Positions 31,298 through 41,151 of a stretch of DNA of 64,000 bases are shown here, piece by piece. Made by a program: the position numbers and the translations under genes. Position 1 is the stretch's first letter. Each line of letters begins with the position of its first letter. A model generated the notes under the pieces. It searched no databases and was not told the DNA's origin. It saw nothing but the letters and a program-made list of their open reading frames with translations. Origin of the DNA: Acidobacteriota bacterium (GTDB taxonomy: Bacteria > Acidobacteriota > Terriglobia > Bryobacterales > Bryobacteraceae); the NCBI GenBank assembly GCA_016871055.1, contig VFZW01000001.1:2561-66560 (forward strand), read 5' to 3'.

Positions 31298-31845
31298 AAC
31301 CGCTTTGTGCTGAGTTGGAAGATCTGGCCCGGCAATTGGAATCGGTGAACGCGGAGGCGCGCGCGATTGTCGAGTCGTCGGCGCCCGAAGCGCTTGTGAA
31401 GCGCCCCGAAGGCGGAGGCTGGTCTGTCGCCGACTGCCTGGCGCATCTAGCGCAAACCGTACGGCTGTACAATCCGAAGATCGAGGCTGCGATCGCCGCG
31501 GGCCGCAAAGCCGGCCTGGCTGGCGAAGGCCCGTTCAACTGCGGACTACTCGGCAAGTTTTTCCTATGGGTGCTGGAGCCGCCGGTTCGTATGAAGGTGA
31601 AAGCGCCGCCGTTGTTTCATCCCGCCGACGGCGTCACAGCGGAGCAGGCGCTTAACGACATGCTGGCGCAGCACGCGGAGATGTTACGGCTGATGGAAGA
31701 AACCGACGGGCTCGACCTCGGAAAGGTGAAGGTCCAATCGCCGGCGAGCGACAAGATAAAGCTGTCTCTCGGCGCGGCGTTTGGCTCGATGGCGGCCCAC
31801 GGGCGCCGCCATTTGTGGCAAGCCAAGCAGGTGCTGAGCCGCTAG
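31294..31845 (+). CDS. DinB-family (DinB_2) four-helix-bundle protein
   Basis: [18 protein letters not shown] and C-terminal [14 protein letters not shown] (His triad). ATGA overlap with the upstream gene. Confidence 0.7.
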   Translation: MKPLCAELEDLARQLESVNAEARAIVESSAPEALVKRPEGGGWSVADCLAHLAQTVRLYNPKIEAAIAAGRKAGLAGEGPFNCGLLGKFFLWVLEPPVRMKVKAPPLFHPADGVTAEQALNDMLAQHAEMLRLMEETDGLDLGKVKVQSPASDKIKLSLGAAFGSMAAHGRRHLWQAKQVLSR

Positions 31846-32930
31846 TTCTCCGATTTCAATTGCTGTAGAAGCGCAGCCATATAGCCGAACGCGAACGCGA
31901 AGGCGCGCCGGCCGCCGGTGTCGCCGTTGATTTTCGGAACGTGATCGGGCATCAGCATTCCGTCGAAACCGATCTCGCGGTAAGTGCGCGCGGCTTCGAA
32001 CATGTTCACATCACCGTCGTCGGGGAAGGTTTCGCGGAAATCGCCGATCTTGCCCTGAATGTTCCGGAAGTGCACCATGAAGATCTTCTTGCGCGACCCA
32101 AACCAGCGGATAACGTCGTGGATCTCCTTGTTCGGATCTTCGAGGCCTTCGCAGATCGTTCCCTGGCAGAAGTTGAGTCCGTGATACGGATTCTCTTTGA
32201 TCTGCACAAAGCGCTTCAGTCCCTCCACGCGGCCGAGCACTGGCACAACGCCGCGCCAGTTCTTGCCGTTCGGCATGCCCGGATCGTTGGGGTGGCAGGC
32301 CATCCGGATCTTATTCTCGGCGGCCACCGGAACCACCCGTTCGAGGAAGTAGGTCATCCGTTCCCAGTACGTGTCGGTGTCGACCTTGCCCGCTTCGGTT
32401 AACGGCGGCTCCTGTTTCCCGGCGGCGTATTTGAAGGTGCTGTACATGGCGCCGCCGCGGCCGGGTGTCGGTTCGGTGCGTACGACACCGAGAATCGACA
32501 TGTTGTACTTGACGGCGGGGATACCGGCCTTGGCGCAGTTGCGAATAATATTGCAGATGTCGTCGATCGCCTTGTCGCGCTCGTCGGACTTGCCGAGCAT
32601 GATGGCGGGGTACTCGGCCTTTGTGATGTAGGCCGAACTGAGCGGCAGCGGGACCATCTCCAGCTTGATGCCGTGTTTTTCGACCCGCTCGCGAAGCCGT
32701 TTCAAGCTATCGACGCTGAATTTTTCGTCAAGCTTGCGCGAAGGCAGTGCGCTACAAATGTGGTTGACGCCGAAAGCGGCCAGGGTCGTGAGCGTGTCTT
32801 CGTCGTCGGCGTGCTGGGTCGCCAATTTCATCATTACGGGTTTGCCGGCGCCGCGCGGTTTGGCGCTGGCCTCGAACGAGGTGGCTGCGGCCGCTGCGGC
32901 CGCGGTTTTGAAAATTTCTCTTCTCTGCAT
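31842..32930 (-). CDS. Mannonate-dehydratase (UxuA)-family TIM-barrel protein with Tat-like N-terminus
   Basis: [10 protein letters not shown]..., [19 protein letters not shown] and LMPDHVP align with E. coli UxuA RMAVHPDDPP / YFTHLRSTM / NGDVDMYEV / MRPDHGH. The N-terminus [23 protein letters not shown] resembles a twin-arginine signal. Confidence 0.75.
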   Translation of the reverse strand: MQRREIFKTAAAAAAATSFEASAKPRGAGKPVMMKLATQHADDEDTLTTLAAFGVNHICSALPSRKLDEKFSVDSLKRLRERVEKHGIKLEMVPLPLSSAYITKAEYPAIMLGKSDERDKAIDDICNIIRNCAKAGIPAVKYNMSILGVVRTEPTPGRGGAMYSTFKYAAGKQEPPLTEAGKVDTDTYWERMTYFLERVVPVAAENKIRMACHPNDPGMPNGKNWRGVVPVLGRVEGLKRFVQIKENPYHGLNFCQGTICEGLEDPNKEIHDVIRWFGSRKKIFMVHFRNIQGKIGDFRETFPDDGDVNMFEAARTYREIGFDGMLMPDHVPKINGDTGGRRAFAFAFGYMAALLQQLKSEN

Positions 32931-33003
32931 GGTGGAACCACGTTCTTTATGTCACGTTCGTGGGTGCGGCGTCAAGCGCGGCGTTGGCTATACTACTCAT
33001 CTA

Positions 33004-34404
33004 ATGCTGCATGGTCTTGTCGAAAGATTAAGCGCACACCGCACACTGAGCGCCGCGCCGCGGCACGAGTTGGAGTGGCTCGCCTCCCGCGGAACACTGC
33101 GCGAGTTACCAGTGGGCGGTGTATTGACAAGCAAGGGCGCACGGCCGGAAGGATTGTTCGTTGTTCTGACTGGGCGTTTTGCGATGTTCGTCGACCGCGG
33201 TGCGGGACCGCGCAAGATTATGGAGTGGCGCGCCGGCGATGTCACGGGCGTCCTTCCGTATTCGCGCGTGTCCGCTCCTCCCGGGGATTCCGTCGCGCAG
33301 GAGGCCTCTGAGATCCTGGCCGTACCGGCCGTCGATCTGCAAGCGTTGGCCGAACAGTGCCACCAGACCACGGCGATCCTCGTGCATGCCATGCTCGACC
33401 GCGTGCGCGCATTCAATTCGAGCGATCTGCACGATGAAAAGATGGTGTCGCTCGGGAAGTTGTCCGCGGGGCTGGCGCACGAGTTGAACAATCCAGCGGC
33501 GGCGATTGAGCGAGGCGCCTCTTTACTGGACGAGAAGCTTGCGTGTTTTCAGGCGGCGTCGATAGCGTTGGCGTCCTGTCGGCTTTCCAATGAGCAATTG
33601 GCCGTGATCGATCGAGTCCGCGAGACGTGCGCGGTGAGCGGCGATTTCACCATTCGGACCCCAATTGAACAGGCCGAGCGCGAGGAGACGGTGGAAGACT
33701 GGCTCGCCGATCATGGGATCGACACGGGCATCGCCGAGGCACTGGCCGACACGCCGGTGACGATGTCCTCGCTCGATGCGTTGGCGGCCTCGATCGACAG
33801 TGCGGCATTGAGCGCGGTTCTACGGTCGCTATCCGCGGGCTGCGGAGCGCGCATTCTGGCCGAAGAGATCAAGGACGCGGCGATGCGAATATCGGGCATC
33901 GTTATTGCGGTAAAGGGCTTCACGCACATGGATCAGGCGCCAGTCGCCGAGGATGTCGACCTGTTGCGAGGGCTGAACAACACGGTGGCCGTGCTGCGCG
34001 CCAAGGCGCGATCGAAATCGGCGACGGTCACAATCGACAGCGAGCCGCAACTCCCGCCCGTGCGTGGTTTTGCGGGGGAGATCAATCAAATCTGGGCGAA
34101 TCTGATCGACAACGCGCTCGATGCGATCCCCGCTTCCGGCCGTGTCGAAATTAAAGCGTCGCGCGAGAACAACAAAGTCGCCGTCCGCGTTATCGACAAT
34201 GGGCTGGGCATTCCGGCTGGTGTGCGCGAACGCATCTTCGATCCGTTCTTCACAACCAAGCCGATTGGGCAAGGCACCGGATTGGGTCTGGATATCGTGC
34301 GGCGTTTGGTGCGGCATAACGATGGCGCCATCTCGGTGGAGTCGGAACCGGGCCGCACGGAGTTTCGAGTTTTGCTGCCAGTGGCGGATGGAGCGCTCGT
34401 TTGA
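33004..34404 (+). CDS. Histidine kinase with N-terminal cyclic-nucleotide-binding (CAP_ED) domain
   Basis: cNMP-binding-like LFVVLTGRFAMFVDRGAGPRKIMEWRAGDVTG, H-box LSAGLAHELNNPAAAI, N/G boxes (NLIDNALDA, DNGLGIP, GTGLGLDIV). ATG at 33004 within the longer ORF. Confidence 0.85.
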   Translation: MLHGLVERLSAHRTLSAAPRHELEWLASRGTLRELPVGGVLTSKGARPEGLFVVLTGRFAMFVDRGAGPRKIMEWRAGDVTGVLPYSRVSAPPGDSVAQEASEILAVPAVDLQALAEQCHQTTAILVHAMLDRVRAFNSSDLHDEKMVSLGKLSAGLAHELNNPAAAIERGASLLDEKLACFQAASIALASCRLSNEQLAVIDRVRETCAVSGDFTIRTPIEQAEREETVEDWLADHGIDTGIAEALADTPVTMSSLDALAASIDSAALSAVLRSLSAGCGARILAEEIKDAAMRISGIVIAVKGFTHMDQAPVAEDVDLLRGLNNTVAVLRAKARSKSATVTIDSEPQLPPVRGFAGEINQIWANLIDNALDAIPASGRVEIKASRENNKVAVRVIDNGLGIPAGVRERIFDPFFTTKPIGQGTGLGLDIVRRLVRHNDGAISVESEPGRTEFRVLLPVADGALV

Positions 34405-36065
34405 ACAAGCCTGTGATTCTGGTCGCGGATGACGATCCGCAAGTGCTGGCGGCTGTGCGTCGAGATCTTCGTGCGCGGTATCGAGAGCAATACCTGATCG
34501 TCGGCGCGGCGTCGGGGAAGGAGGCGGTCGACACGGCGCGCGAGCTAAAGAAGCTCGGCGATTCGCTGGCGATGGTCGTCAGCGATCAGCGCATGCCGGG
34601 CATGCTGGGTTGCGAGTTGCTGGCGAAGATCCGTGAGATGTATCCGCAGGCGCGTCGCGTGTTGTTGACGGCATATTCCGATATCGAGGCCGCGGTCAAG
34701 GCGATCAACGAAGCGCATCTCGACTACTACCTGTCCAAACCCTGGGATCCGCCGGAAGAGCGGTTGTATCCGGCCGTGGACGATCAACTCGACTCGTGGC
34801 GGGCGGAGTGTGTCCCCGAGGAGACGGGCCTGCGGTTGGTGGGGCACCAGTGGTCGCCGCGTTCGCACGCGATCAAGACGTACCTGGGTGGGAATCTGAT
34901 TTCCTATCGATGGCTCGATGTCGACCGCGACCAGAGCGCTCGGGCGCTGCTCGACGCAGCGGGTGTAACGCCTGGTGAGTTGCCCGCGTTGTTCTTCGAC
35001 GATAACGGCGCGGTATTGAGGAATCCCGAGCCGCGCGAAGTTGCCGAGCATTTGGGGAAGCCGCTCGCAGCGGCTTTCGACGTGTATGACCTCGTGATTG
35101 CCGGCGCGGGGCCATCGGGTCTCGCGGCCGCCGTTTACGGCGCATCCGAGGGGCTGCGCACGCTGCTGCTCGATCGCCACGCACCGGGCGGGCAAGCGGG
35201 CACGAGTTCGAGAATCGAAAACTATCTCGGTTTTCCGACAGGCATCAGCGGCGCAGAGTTGACGCGGCGCGCTCTGATGCAGGCGCAGCGGCTGGGCGCG
35301 GAGTTTCTTGCGCCGCTGGCCGTCGAACGGGTTGCAATCGAAGGCGGATACAAGCGAGTGACCCTAAGCGACGAACGCGAAATCGTAACCCGGGCGCTGT
35401 TGGCGTCGACGGGCATGGCGTATCGGGAGCATCCCGCCGAGGGCATCGCCGCGCACACCGGCGCTGGCGTCTACTACGGCGCCGCGACGACGGAGGCTTC
35501 GGCTATTTCGGGTCGCCGGGTGCTTGTCGTTGGCGGGGGTAATTCGGCGGGACAAGGCGCGTTGTATCTGGCGAGGCACGCGCGCGAAGTTCAAATCGTC
35601 ATCCGGCGGGAGAAGTTGCACGGAACCATGTCGCAGTACCTTATCGAGCAGATCGAAAATACGCCGAACATCACCGTGCGGGGACGAACCGAGATAACCC
35701 GCGTGGAAGGCGACAGCCATGTGGAGCGGGTGGCGCTAGCTGCGCTTTCCGACGGAGCGGAGTCGGTTGAAGAGTGCGATGCGCTGTTCGTATTCATCGG
35801 AACGCAGCCGTCGAACGAATGGCTGCCCGCAACGGTGCTTCGCAACGACAAGGGCTTTGTGTTGACGGGCCGCGATCTGCATGCCGCCGAGGCATTTCCG
35901 CGCATTTGGAAGGAGTCGCGCGCGCCGCTGCCGTTGGAGACCAGCGAGCCTGGCATTTTCGCATCGGGCGATATCCGTGCGGGCGCGATGAACCGGGTCG
36001 CCTCGGCGGTGGGAGAGGGCTCGATGGTGGTGTGGCTGGCCCGCGAGTATCTGGCGCTAACGTAA
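34401..36065 (+). CDS. Response-regulator receiver fused to a glutaredoxin-like domain and a thioredoxin-reductase-like flavoprotein
   Basis: REC (VILVADDDP...MVVSDQRMPGM...SKPWD), a Trx-fold segment with WSPRSH in place of CPxC, then GAGPSGLAAAVYGA FAD and VVGGGNSAGQGA NAD(P)H motifs. TTG start overlaps the kinase stop (TTGA). Confidence 0.85.
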   Translation: MNKPVILVADDDPQVLAAVRRDLRARYREQYLIVGAASGKEAVDTARELKKLGDSLAMVVSDQRMPGMLGCELLAKIREMYPQARRVLLTAYSDIEAAVKAINEAHLDYYLSKPWDPPEERLYPAVDDQLDSWRAECVPEETGLRLVGHQWSPRSHAIKTYLGGNLISYRWLDVDRDQSARALLDAAGVTPGELPALFFDDNGAVLRNPEPREVAEHLGKPLAAAFDVYDLVIAGAGPSGLAAAVYGASEGLRTLLLDRHAPGGQAGTSSRIENYLGFPTGISGAELTRRALMQAQRLGAEFLAPLAVERVAIEGGYKRVTLSDEREIVTRALLASTGMAYREHPAEGIAAHTGAGVYYGAATTEASAISGRRVLVVGGGNSAGQGALYLARHAREVQIVIRREKLHGTMSQYLIEQIENTPNITVRGRTEITRVEGDSHVERVALAALSDGAESVEECDALFVFIGTQPSNEWLPATVLRNDKGFVLTGRDLHAAEAFPRIWKESRAPLPLETSEPGIFASGDIRAGAMNRVASAVGEGSMVVWLAREYLALT

Positions 36066-36074
36066 GCTATCAGA

Positions 36075-37307
36075 ATGCTCTCCCCGCGCATGCGAGTGGC
36101 CGTGTTAGCCGCGTCGTTTCTCGGACTGGTTTTCGACGGCGTTGAACTTGGCCTGATGCCGTTGGCATCGCTGTCGGTGTCGAAGAGTCTGCTCGGCGCC
36201 GCGTTCGCGCCAACGCTGGGCGGCGATTGGTTCGCGCGGTTCACCGCGGCGCTAATGCTGGGCGCGGCGATCGGCGGCGTAGCGCTCGGCAATCTCGGAG
36301 ATCGAATTGGACGCACGCGGGCGATGGGCTATAGCATCCTGTTCTATTCGGTCTTCGCGGCGTTGGGCGCGTACGTCGAAACGCAGGAGCAGATGCTTGT
36401 CCTGCGCTTTCTCGTCGGGCTGGGTGTCGGCGGCATGTGGCCGAACGGCATGGCGCTTGTGGCTGAGTGCTGGCCGGCGGCGGCGAAACCTGTCGTCTCC
36501 GGCGTGATGATGGCGGGCTTGAACACGGGCATTCTGTTGCTCTCCCAATTGGCACGGGTGTGGCCCGTGACGCCGGATTCGTGGCAATGGATATTCCGGT
36601 TGTCGGGAGTGCCTGCGGTGCTTGGCATCATCGTCTTGCTGTGGTTGCCGGAGTCGCCGAAGTGGCTGGCCTCGCGCGCGGAGGCCAAGCGACCCGCACC
36701 GCCCGTCAGCGAATTGTTCGCTCCCAATCTAGTACGCACAACGCTCGCCAGCATTCTGATCGCTTCGATTCCGCTGGTTGGCGCGTGGGCCGCCAGCAAG
36801 TGGATGATCCCGTGGTCGGATAAGATCGCCGGCGCGGCGAATGCCGACTACAAGGCCGCAACACAAGGCTGGTGGGCCTTCGGCGCGGCACTCGGTAGTT
36901 TCTTCGGAGCGCAATTGGCGAGTTGTATCGGCCGCAAGCGCAGCTACTTATTGATCAGCATCGGCGCGACATCGCTCACCGTTGCTATGTTTCAGTTGAC
37001 CGCGCCGTTGCAGCCGGGCTTCCATCTGGTAGTTTTCCTGCAGGGATTCGTGGCGACGCTGTTCTTCGGCTGGTTGGCGCTATACCTGCCCGAACTCTTC
37101 CCCACGCGCGTACGCGCCAGCGGCAGTGGCCTGGCTTACAACTTCGGCCGGTTCGCGACAGCGGGCGGCGTGCTCGCGGCGGGTGCGCTATTCACCGCTC
37201 TTGGCGGCGACTACCCCAAAGTTGGCACGATTTGTGCGATGATCTACGCGCTCGGCATCTTCGCGATCTGGCTGGTCGAGGAACCGGACGTCGAGACTTT
37301 GACATAA
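36075..37307 (+). CDS. MFS transporter
   Basis: 410 aa, about 12 TM helices. GNLGDRIGRTR loop 2-3 motif. Confidence 0.8.
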   Translation: MLSPRMRVAVLAASFLGLVFDGVELGLMPLASLSVSKSLLGAAFAPTLGGDWFARFTAALMLGAAIGGVALGNLGDRIGRTRAMGYSILFYSVFAALGAYVETQEQMLVLRFLVGLGVGGMWPNGMALVAECWPAAAKPVVSGVMMAGLNTGILLLSQLARVWPVTPDSWQWIFRLSGVPAVLGIIVLLWLPESPKWLASRAEAKRPAPPVSELFAPNLVRTTLASILIASIPLVGAWAASKWMIPWSDKIAGAANADYKAATQGWWAFGAALGSFFGAQLASCIGRKRSYLLISIGATSLTVAMFQLTAPLQPGFHLVVFLQGFVATLFFGWLALYLPELFPTRVRASGSGLAYNFGRFATAGGVLAAGALFTALGGDYPKVGTICAMIYALGIFAIWLVEEPDVETLT

Positions 37308-37345
37308 AATGATGCAAGCCGGAAATTCGAATTGGGAGTGCGCTC

Positions 37346-40300
37346 ATGCGATTTGCGTTCGTATCGTTACTGTTGGCTGCGTCTGCATTCAGCCAGACGT
37401 TCGGGTCTTTGACCGGTGATGTGAAGGACTCGTCGGGAGCGGTCGTCGCCGGAGCGGCGATCACGGTCCGCAACACAGCCACGAATGGCGTGCGCAACGC
37501 CGTGACCAATGAGGACGGCGTGTACACCATCCCCGCGCTGGTGCCCGGGATGTATGAGGTGAAGGCCGAGAAGACTGGGTTCAAAGCCGCCACGCGCACC
37601 AACATCGAGCTGCAAGTGCAGCAGGCCGCGCGCGTCGACTTCAATCTCGAAGTCGGTCAAGTGAGCGAAGTGGTCGAAGTGTCGAGCCGCTTGCCGCTGT
37701 TATCGACCGAAGACGCGACGGTGGGCTCAGTGATCGAGCAGAAACGCATCACCGAACTGCCGCTCAACGGCCGCAACTTCTTCAGCCTCGTCGGCCTTTC
37801 GCCGAACGTGAACATCGGTTTCAATCAGGCCGCGCAGGCCGCCGGCAGGCAGGGTGGATCGCGATCCGAATTGACGATTTCCATCGCCGGCGCGCGGTCT
37901 GCGTGGAGCAACTACACGCTCGACGGTATTACCAACACCGACATCAATTTCAACTTGTACATCGTCTTGCCTTCGGTCGAAGCGCTACAGGAGTTCAAGG
38001 TCCAGACGGGAATCTACCCGGCAGAGTTCGGCCGCGGCGCGGGCCAGATCAACGTCTCGACCAAAGGTGGATCGAACCAGTTCCATGGCGCGCTGTTCGA
38101 GTTCCTCCGCAACGACAAACTCGACGCACGTCCCTACTTTTTCAAGGATCCAGAAAGCCCGACACAGACAGCGCCGTTGAAGGCGCCTTACCGCCAGAAT
38201 CAGTATGGCGGAACGTTGTCGGGTCCGGTAGTGATTCCGAAACTTCTTAACGGCAAGGACAAGATCTTTTTCATGGCCAACTACGAAGGATTCAAGTCGC
38301 GCCGCTCGGTGCCGAGTTTCTTCACGACGATGACGCCCGAGATGCGGGGCGGCGATTTTTCGGTCGTACCCGGTGCGTTGCAGGATCCAAACACGCGGGT
38401 ACGCACGCCGAACGCCACCGGTTCAGGCTTTACCGTCACCTCGACTCCATTCGCCGGAAATCGCGTCCCCGCCTCGCGCATCAACGCTGGAGCCAGGTAT
38501 TTGATCGACAACTTTGCGCCGCTGCCGAACTTAACGCAGACTGGACTGCCCATCCGCAATCATCAATGGACCGCCAAGACGCCCGTCGACAAGAACCAAT
38601 TCACCGGCCGCATCGACTTCAACGAAAGCGCCAACTCGCAGTGGTTCGGCCGTTACTCGTGGACGGACGAATTGACCATCAATCCCGGCGTGCAAAGGAA
38701 CGGCACCGGGCTGTACACTCGCGCCAGCCAGTGGGTCTTGTCGAACACCCGCGTGCTATCCTCGGCGCGCGTCAACGAATTCCGCTTCGGTTACAATTCC
38801 CTGCTGAACAATATCAGCCAGGAGTTGGCCAGCGTTGAGAACGTGAATGAGCGGTTGAACACACCGATCAAGGTCACCGATCCGAATTCCTGGGGAGTGC
38901 CTAACATCAGTCTGGCGGGCAGCACGCTCAGCTCTTTCGGCAACGACGCCAACGGCCCGTTTTCGATCGATAACAAGATCTACCAGGCCGTGAACAACTT
39001 CTCGTGGATAACCGGCAAACACTCGCTCCGTTTCGGCGGCGAGTGGCGCTACAACCAGTTTCTGCAAGTCGGTAACGAGTTTGCTCGCGGCCGCTTCACG
39101 CACAACGGTTCCTTTACCGGCAACGGTAACACGCTCGCAGGCGGTTACAACGGCGCCGATCTTCTGCTCGGCGCCCCAAGCGTGATCGAGGCCGCTGTCG
39201 CACTGGCCCGCGGCGATTTCCGCAACACGGAGATCGCCTTCTATTTCGACGATACTTACAAGCTCTCCCGCAAACTCACAGTGAACTGGGGCGTGCGCTA
39301 CGAACTCGCACAGCCGCTGCTCGACAAGTTCGGCTTGCAGCCGAATTTCCAATTGCGCCAGGCGCTGCCTTCGACCGCCAACGTCGCCGATGCAAATTTG
39401 CACCCGGTTTTTGTTCGCACCGGAAAAGGCGACTTCTATGACGATCTCGCATTCCGTTTCACGGGGCCCGTGCAACTGGCGCGCGATGGACGCCTCGGCT
39501 CGCGCTTGATCACCACCGACCGGAACAACTTCGCGCCCCGGCTTGGCATAGCCTACAGCCCATCGGCGAAGTGGTCGATCCGCACCGGCGCCGGCGTATT
39601 CTTCGCGCAGGAGAGCAAGAATTCGATCTTCGACATGAGCCGCGCCGCGGGAGGGCGCGCCAATCCGATCATCGATCTGCAGGCTGTGCCGACATTGTCC
39701 TACTCGAACTACATCAATACGCAACAGCTTCCCGTTCGCTTCGCGCCGGGCCTCACCTGGGGCGCCGACAACAATCTGCGAACGACGTATTCGATCCAAT
39801 ACCTGCTTAACGTGCAGCGCACGCTGTCGCAGAACTCTGTGCTTGAAGTTGGCTACACCGGCAATGTTAGCCGTCGCGTCAACTACCTCGTTAACGCGAA
39901 TGCGCCGCTGCCCGGCATCACACCGTTCGACGCCCGCGAGCCGTATCCAGAGTGGCACGGCATTCAGTTCCTGAACGGCGATGGCATCGGCAACTACAAC
40001 GCCTTCTCCGGCAAGTTGACGCAACGGATGTCGAACCGGCTAACGGCTATGTTCAGCTATACGTGGTCGAAGGCGCTTGATGAAAACTCGGCGATTCGCG
40101 GCACCGGGTCCGACTTCACGCTGATGAATCAGCGCTGCCGGTCGTGCGAGTACTCATACGCAGGGTTCGACGTTCCGCAGCGCTTTGTCGTATCGATGAT
40201 CTACAACCTGCCATTTGGCAAGGGCCAGCCGATGTTGAACGACAACGCCCTGATCGACGCCGTTATCGGCGGCTGGCAGTTGTCGACGATCACAAACGTG

Positions 40301-40732
40301 CAGAGCGGTACGCCGATCAATCCCGATTCGTGGGACGCCGCCGGAATGGGCGCGGGCTTTCCGCACTCGAACCGGGTGAACTGCGTGGCGGGAGTCAATC
40401 CGGTCGCGAGTACGCCGCACCCGGACCGCTACTTCGTCCGCGAGGCGTTCACCAACATTACGGCCGGGCAGTTCGGCAACTGCGCCCGCAATGCGCTGCG
40501 CGCGCCGTCGACGTGGAACGTGGATTTCTCGACGATGAAGGATTTCCGGATCCACGAATCCCATACCTTACAGTTCCGCATGGAAATGTTTAATGCGCCG
40601 AACCACCCGGCGTGGGGCCGGCCGTCGGGCGCGTGGGGATCGCAAGGCGCGAACCCGAACGCGGCGTTTGGCCGGATCCGTTCGACTAGCCAGTTGCGGC
40701 AGATTCAGTTTGCGCTAAAGTATTCGTTCTGA
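37346..40732 (+). CDS. TonB-dependent outer-membrane receptor with CarboxypepD_reg N-domain (intact)
   Basis: 1128 aa. Signal peptide, GSLTGDVKDSSGAVVAGAAITV..., LPLNGRNF plug motif, C-terminal ...QLRQIQFALKYSF aromatic terminus. GGGAG SD at 37333-37337. Confidence 0.9.
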   Translation: MRFAFVSLLLAASAFSQTFGSLTGDVKDSSGAVVAGAAITVRNTATNGVRNAVTNEDGVYTIPALVPGMYEVKAEKTGFKAATRTNIELQVQQAARVDFNLEVGQVSEVVEVSSRLPLLSTEDATVGSVIEQKRITELPLNGRNFFSLVGLSPNVNIGFNQAAQAAGRQGGSRSELTISIAGARSAWSNYTLDGITNTDINFNLYIVLPSVEALQEFKVQTGIYPAEFGRGAGQINVSTKGGSNQFHGALFEFLRNDKLDARPYFFKDPESPTQTAPLKAPYRQNQYGGTLSGPVVIPKLLNGKDKIFFMANYEGFKSRRSVPSFFTTMTPEMRGGDFSVVPGALQDPNTRVRTPNATGSGFTVTSTPFAGNRVPASRINAGARYLIDNFAPLPNLTQTGLPIRNHQWTAKTPVDKNQFTGRIDFNESANSQWFGRYSWTDELTINPGVQRNGTGLYTRASQWVLSNTRVLSSARVNEFRFGYNSLLNNISQELASVENVNERLNTPIKVTDPNSWGVPNISLAGSTLSSFGNDANGPFSIDNKIYQAVNNFSWITGKHSLRFGGEWRYNQFLQVGNEFARGRFTHNGSFTGNGNTLAGGYNGADLLLGAPSVIEAAVALARGDFRNTEIAFYFDDTYKLSRKLTVNWGVRYELAQPLLDKFGLQPNFQLRQALPSTANVADANLHPVFVRTGKGDFYDDLAFRFTGPVQLARDGRLGSRLITTDRNNFAPRLGIAYSPSAKWSIRTGAGVFFAQESKNSIFDMSRAAGGRANPIIDLQAVPTLSYSNYINTQQLPVRFAPGLTWGADNNLRTTYSIQYLLNVQRTLSQNSVLEVGYTGNVSRRVNYLVNANAPLPGITPFDAREPYPEWHGIQFLNGDGIGNYNAFSGKLTQRMSNRLTAMFSYTWSKALDENSAIRGTGSDFTLMNQRCRSCEYSYAGFDVPQRFVVSMIYNLPFGKGQPMLNDNALIDAVIGGWQLSTITNVQSGTPINPDSWDAAGMGAGFPHSNRVNCVAGVNPVASTPHPDRYFVREAFTNITAGQFGNCARNALRAPSTWNVDFSTMKDFRIHESHTLQFRMEMFNAPNHPAWGRPSGAWGSQGANPNAAFGRIRSTSQLRQIQFALKYSF

Positions 40733-41151
40733 TGCAGGAACAAAACTCCAACAACCATACGCAGCGCGATCCCTATTTTCTCGCGTTGGCGGCGATCTTT
40801 GGAGTGACGGTCGGCTACTCGATTAAGCACGCGCTCGACTATCCGAACGGCATGACGATTTGGCTTGTTGTGCTGAGTATGTCGCTATTGGTGATGGTCT
40901 TTCGCATGCGCGTCTACTCGTTGCGCGTGCAGGATCGTGTGATCCGCCTCGAAGAGCGGCTGCGAATGAAGGAACTGATCAGCACCGATCTCGATACCAG
41001 CCAGCTTGACATCAAACAGATCATCGCGCTGCGATTCGCGTCCGATGCCGAATACCCGGCACTCGTGAAGATGACGCTGGACGAAAAACTAACACCGAAA
41101 CAGATCAAGGCGTTGATCAAGAACTGGCGGGCCGATTTTCACCGCGTCTAA
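40732..41151 (+). CDS. Hypothetical 2-TM membrane protein, translationally coupled to the TonB-dependent receptor
   Basis: 139 aa. TGATG stop/start overlap. Two TM helices followed by an amphipathic charged C-terminus (RVQDRVIRLEERLRMKEL). Confidence 0.5.
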   Translation: MQEQNSNNHTQRDPYFLALAAIFGVTVGYSIKHALDYPNGMTIWLVVLSMSLLVMVFRMRVYSLRVQDRVIRLEERLRMKELISTDLDTSQLDIKQIIALRFASDAEYPALVKMTLDEKLTPKQIKALIKNWRADFHRV

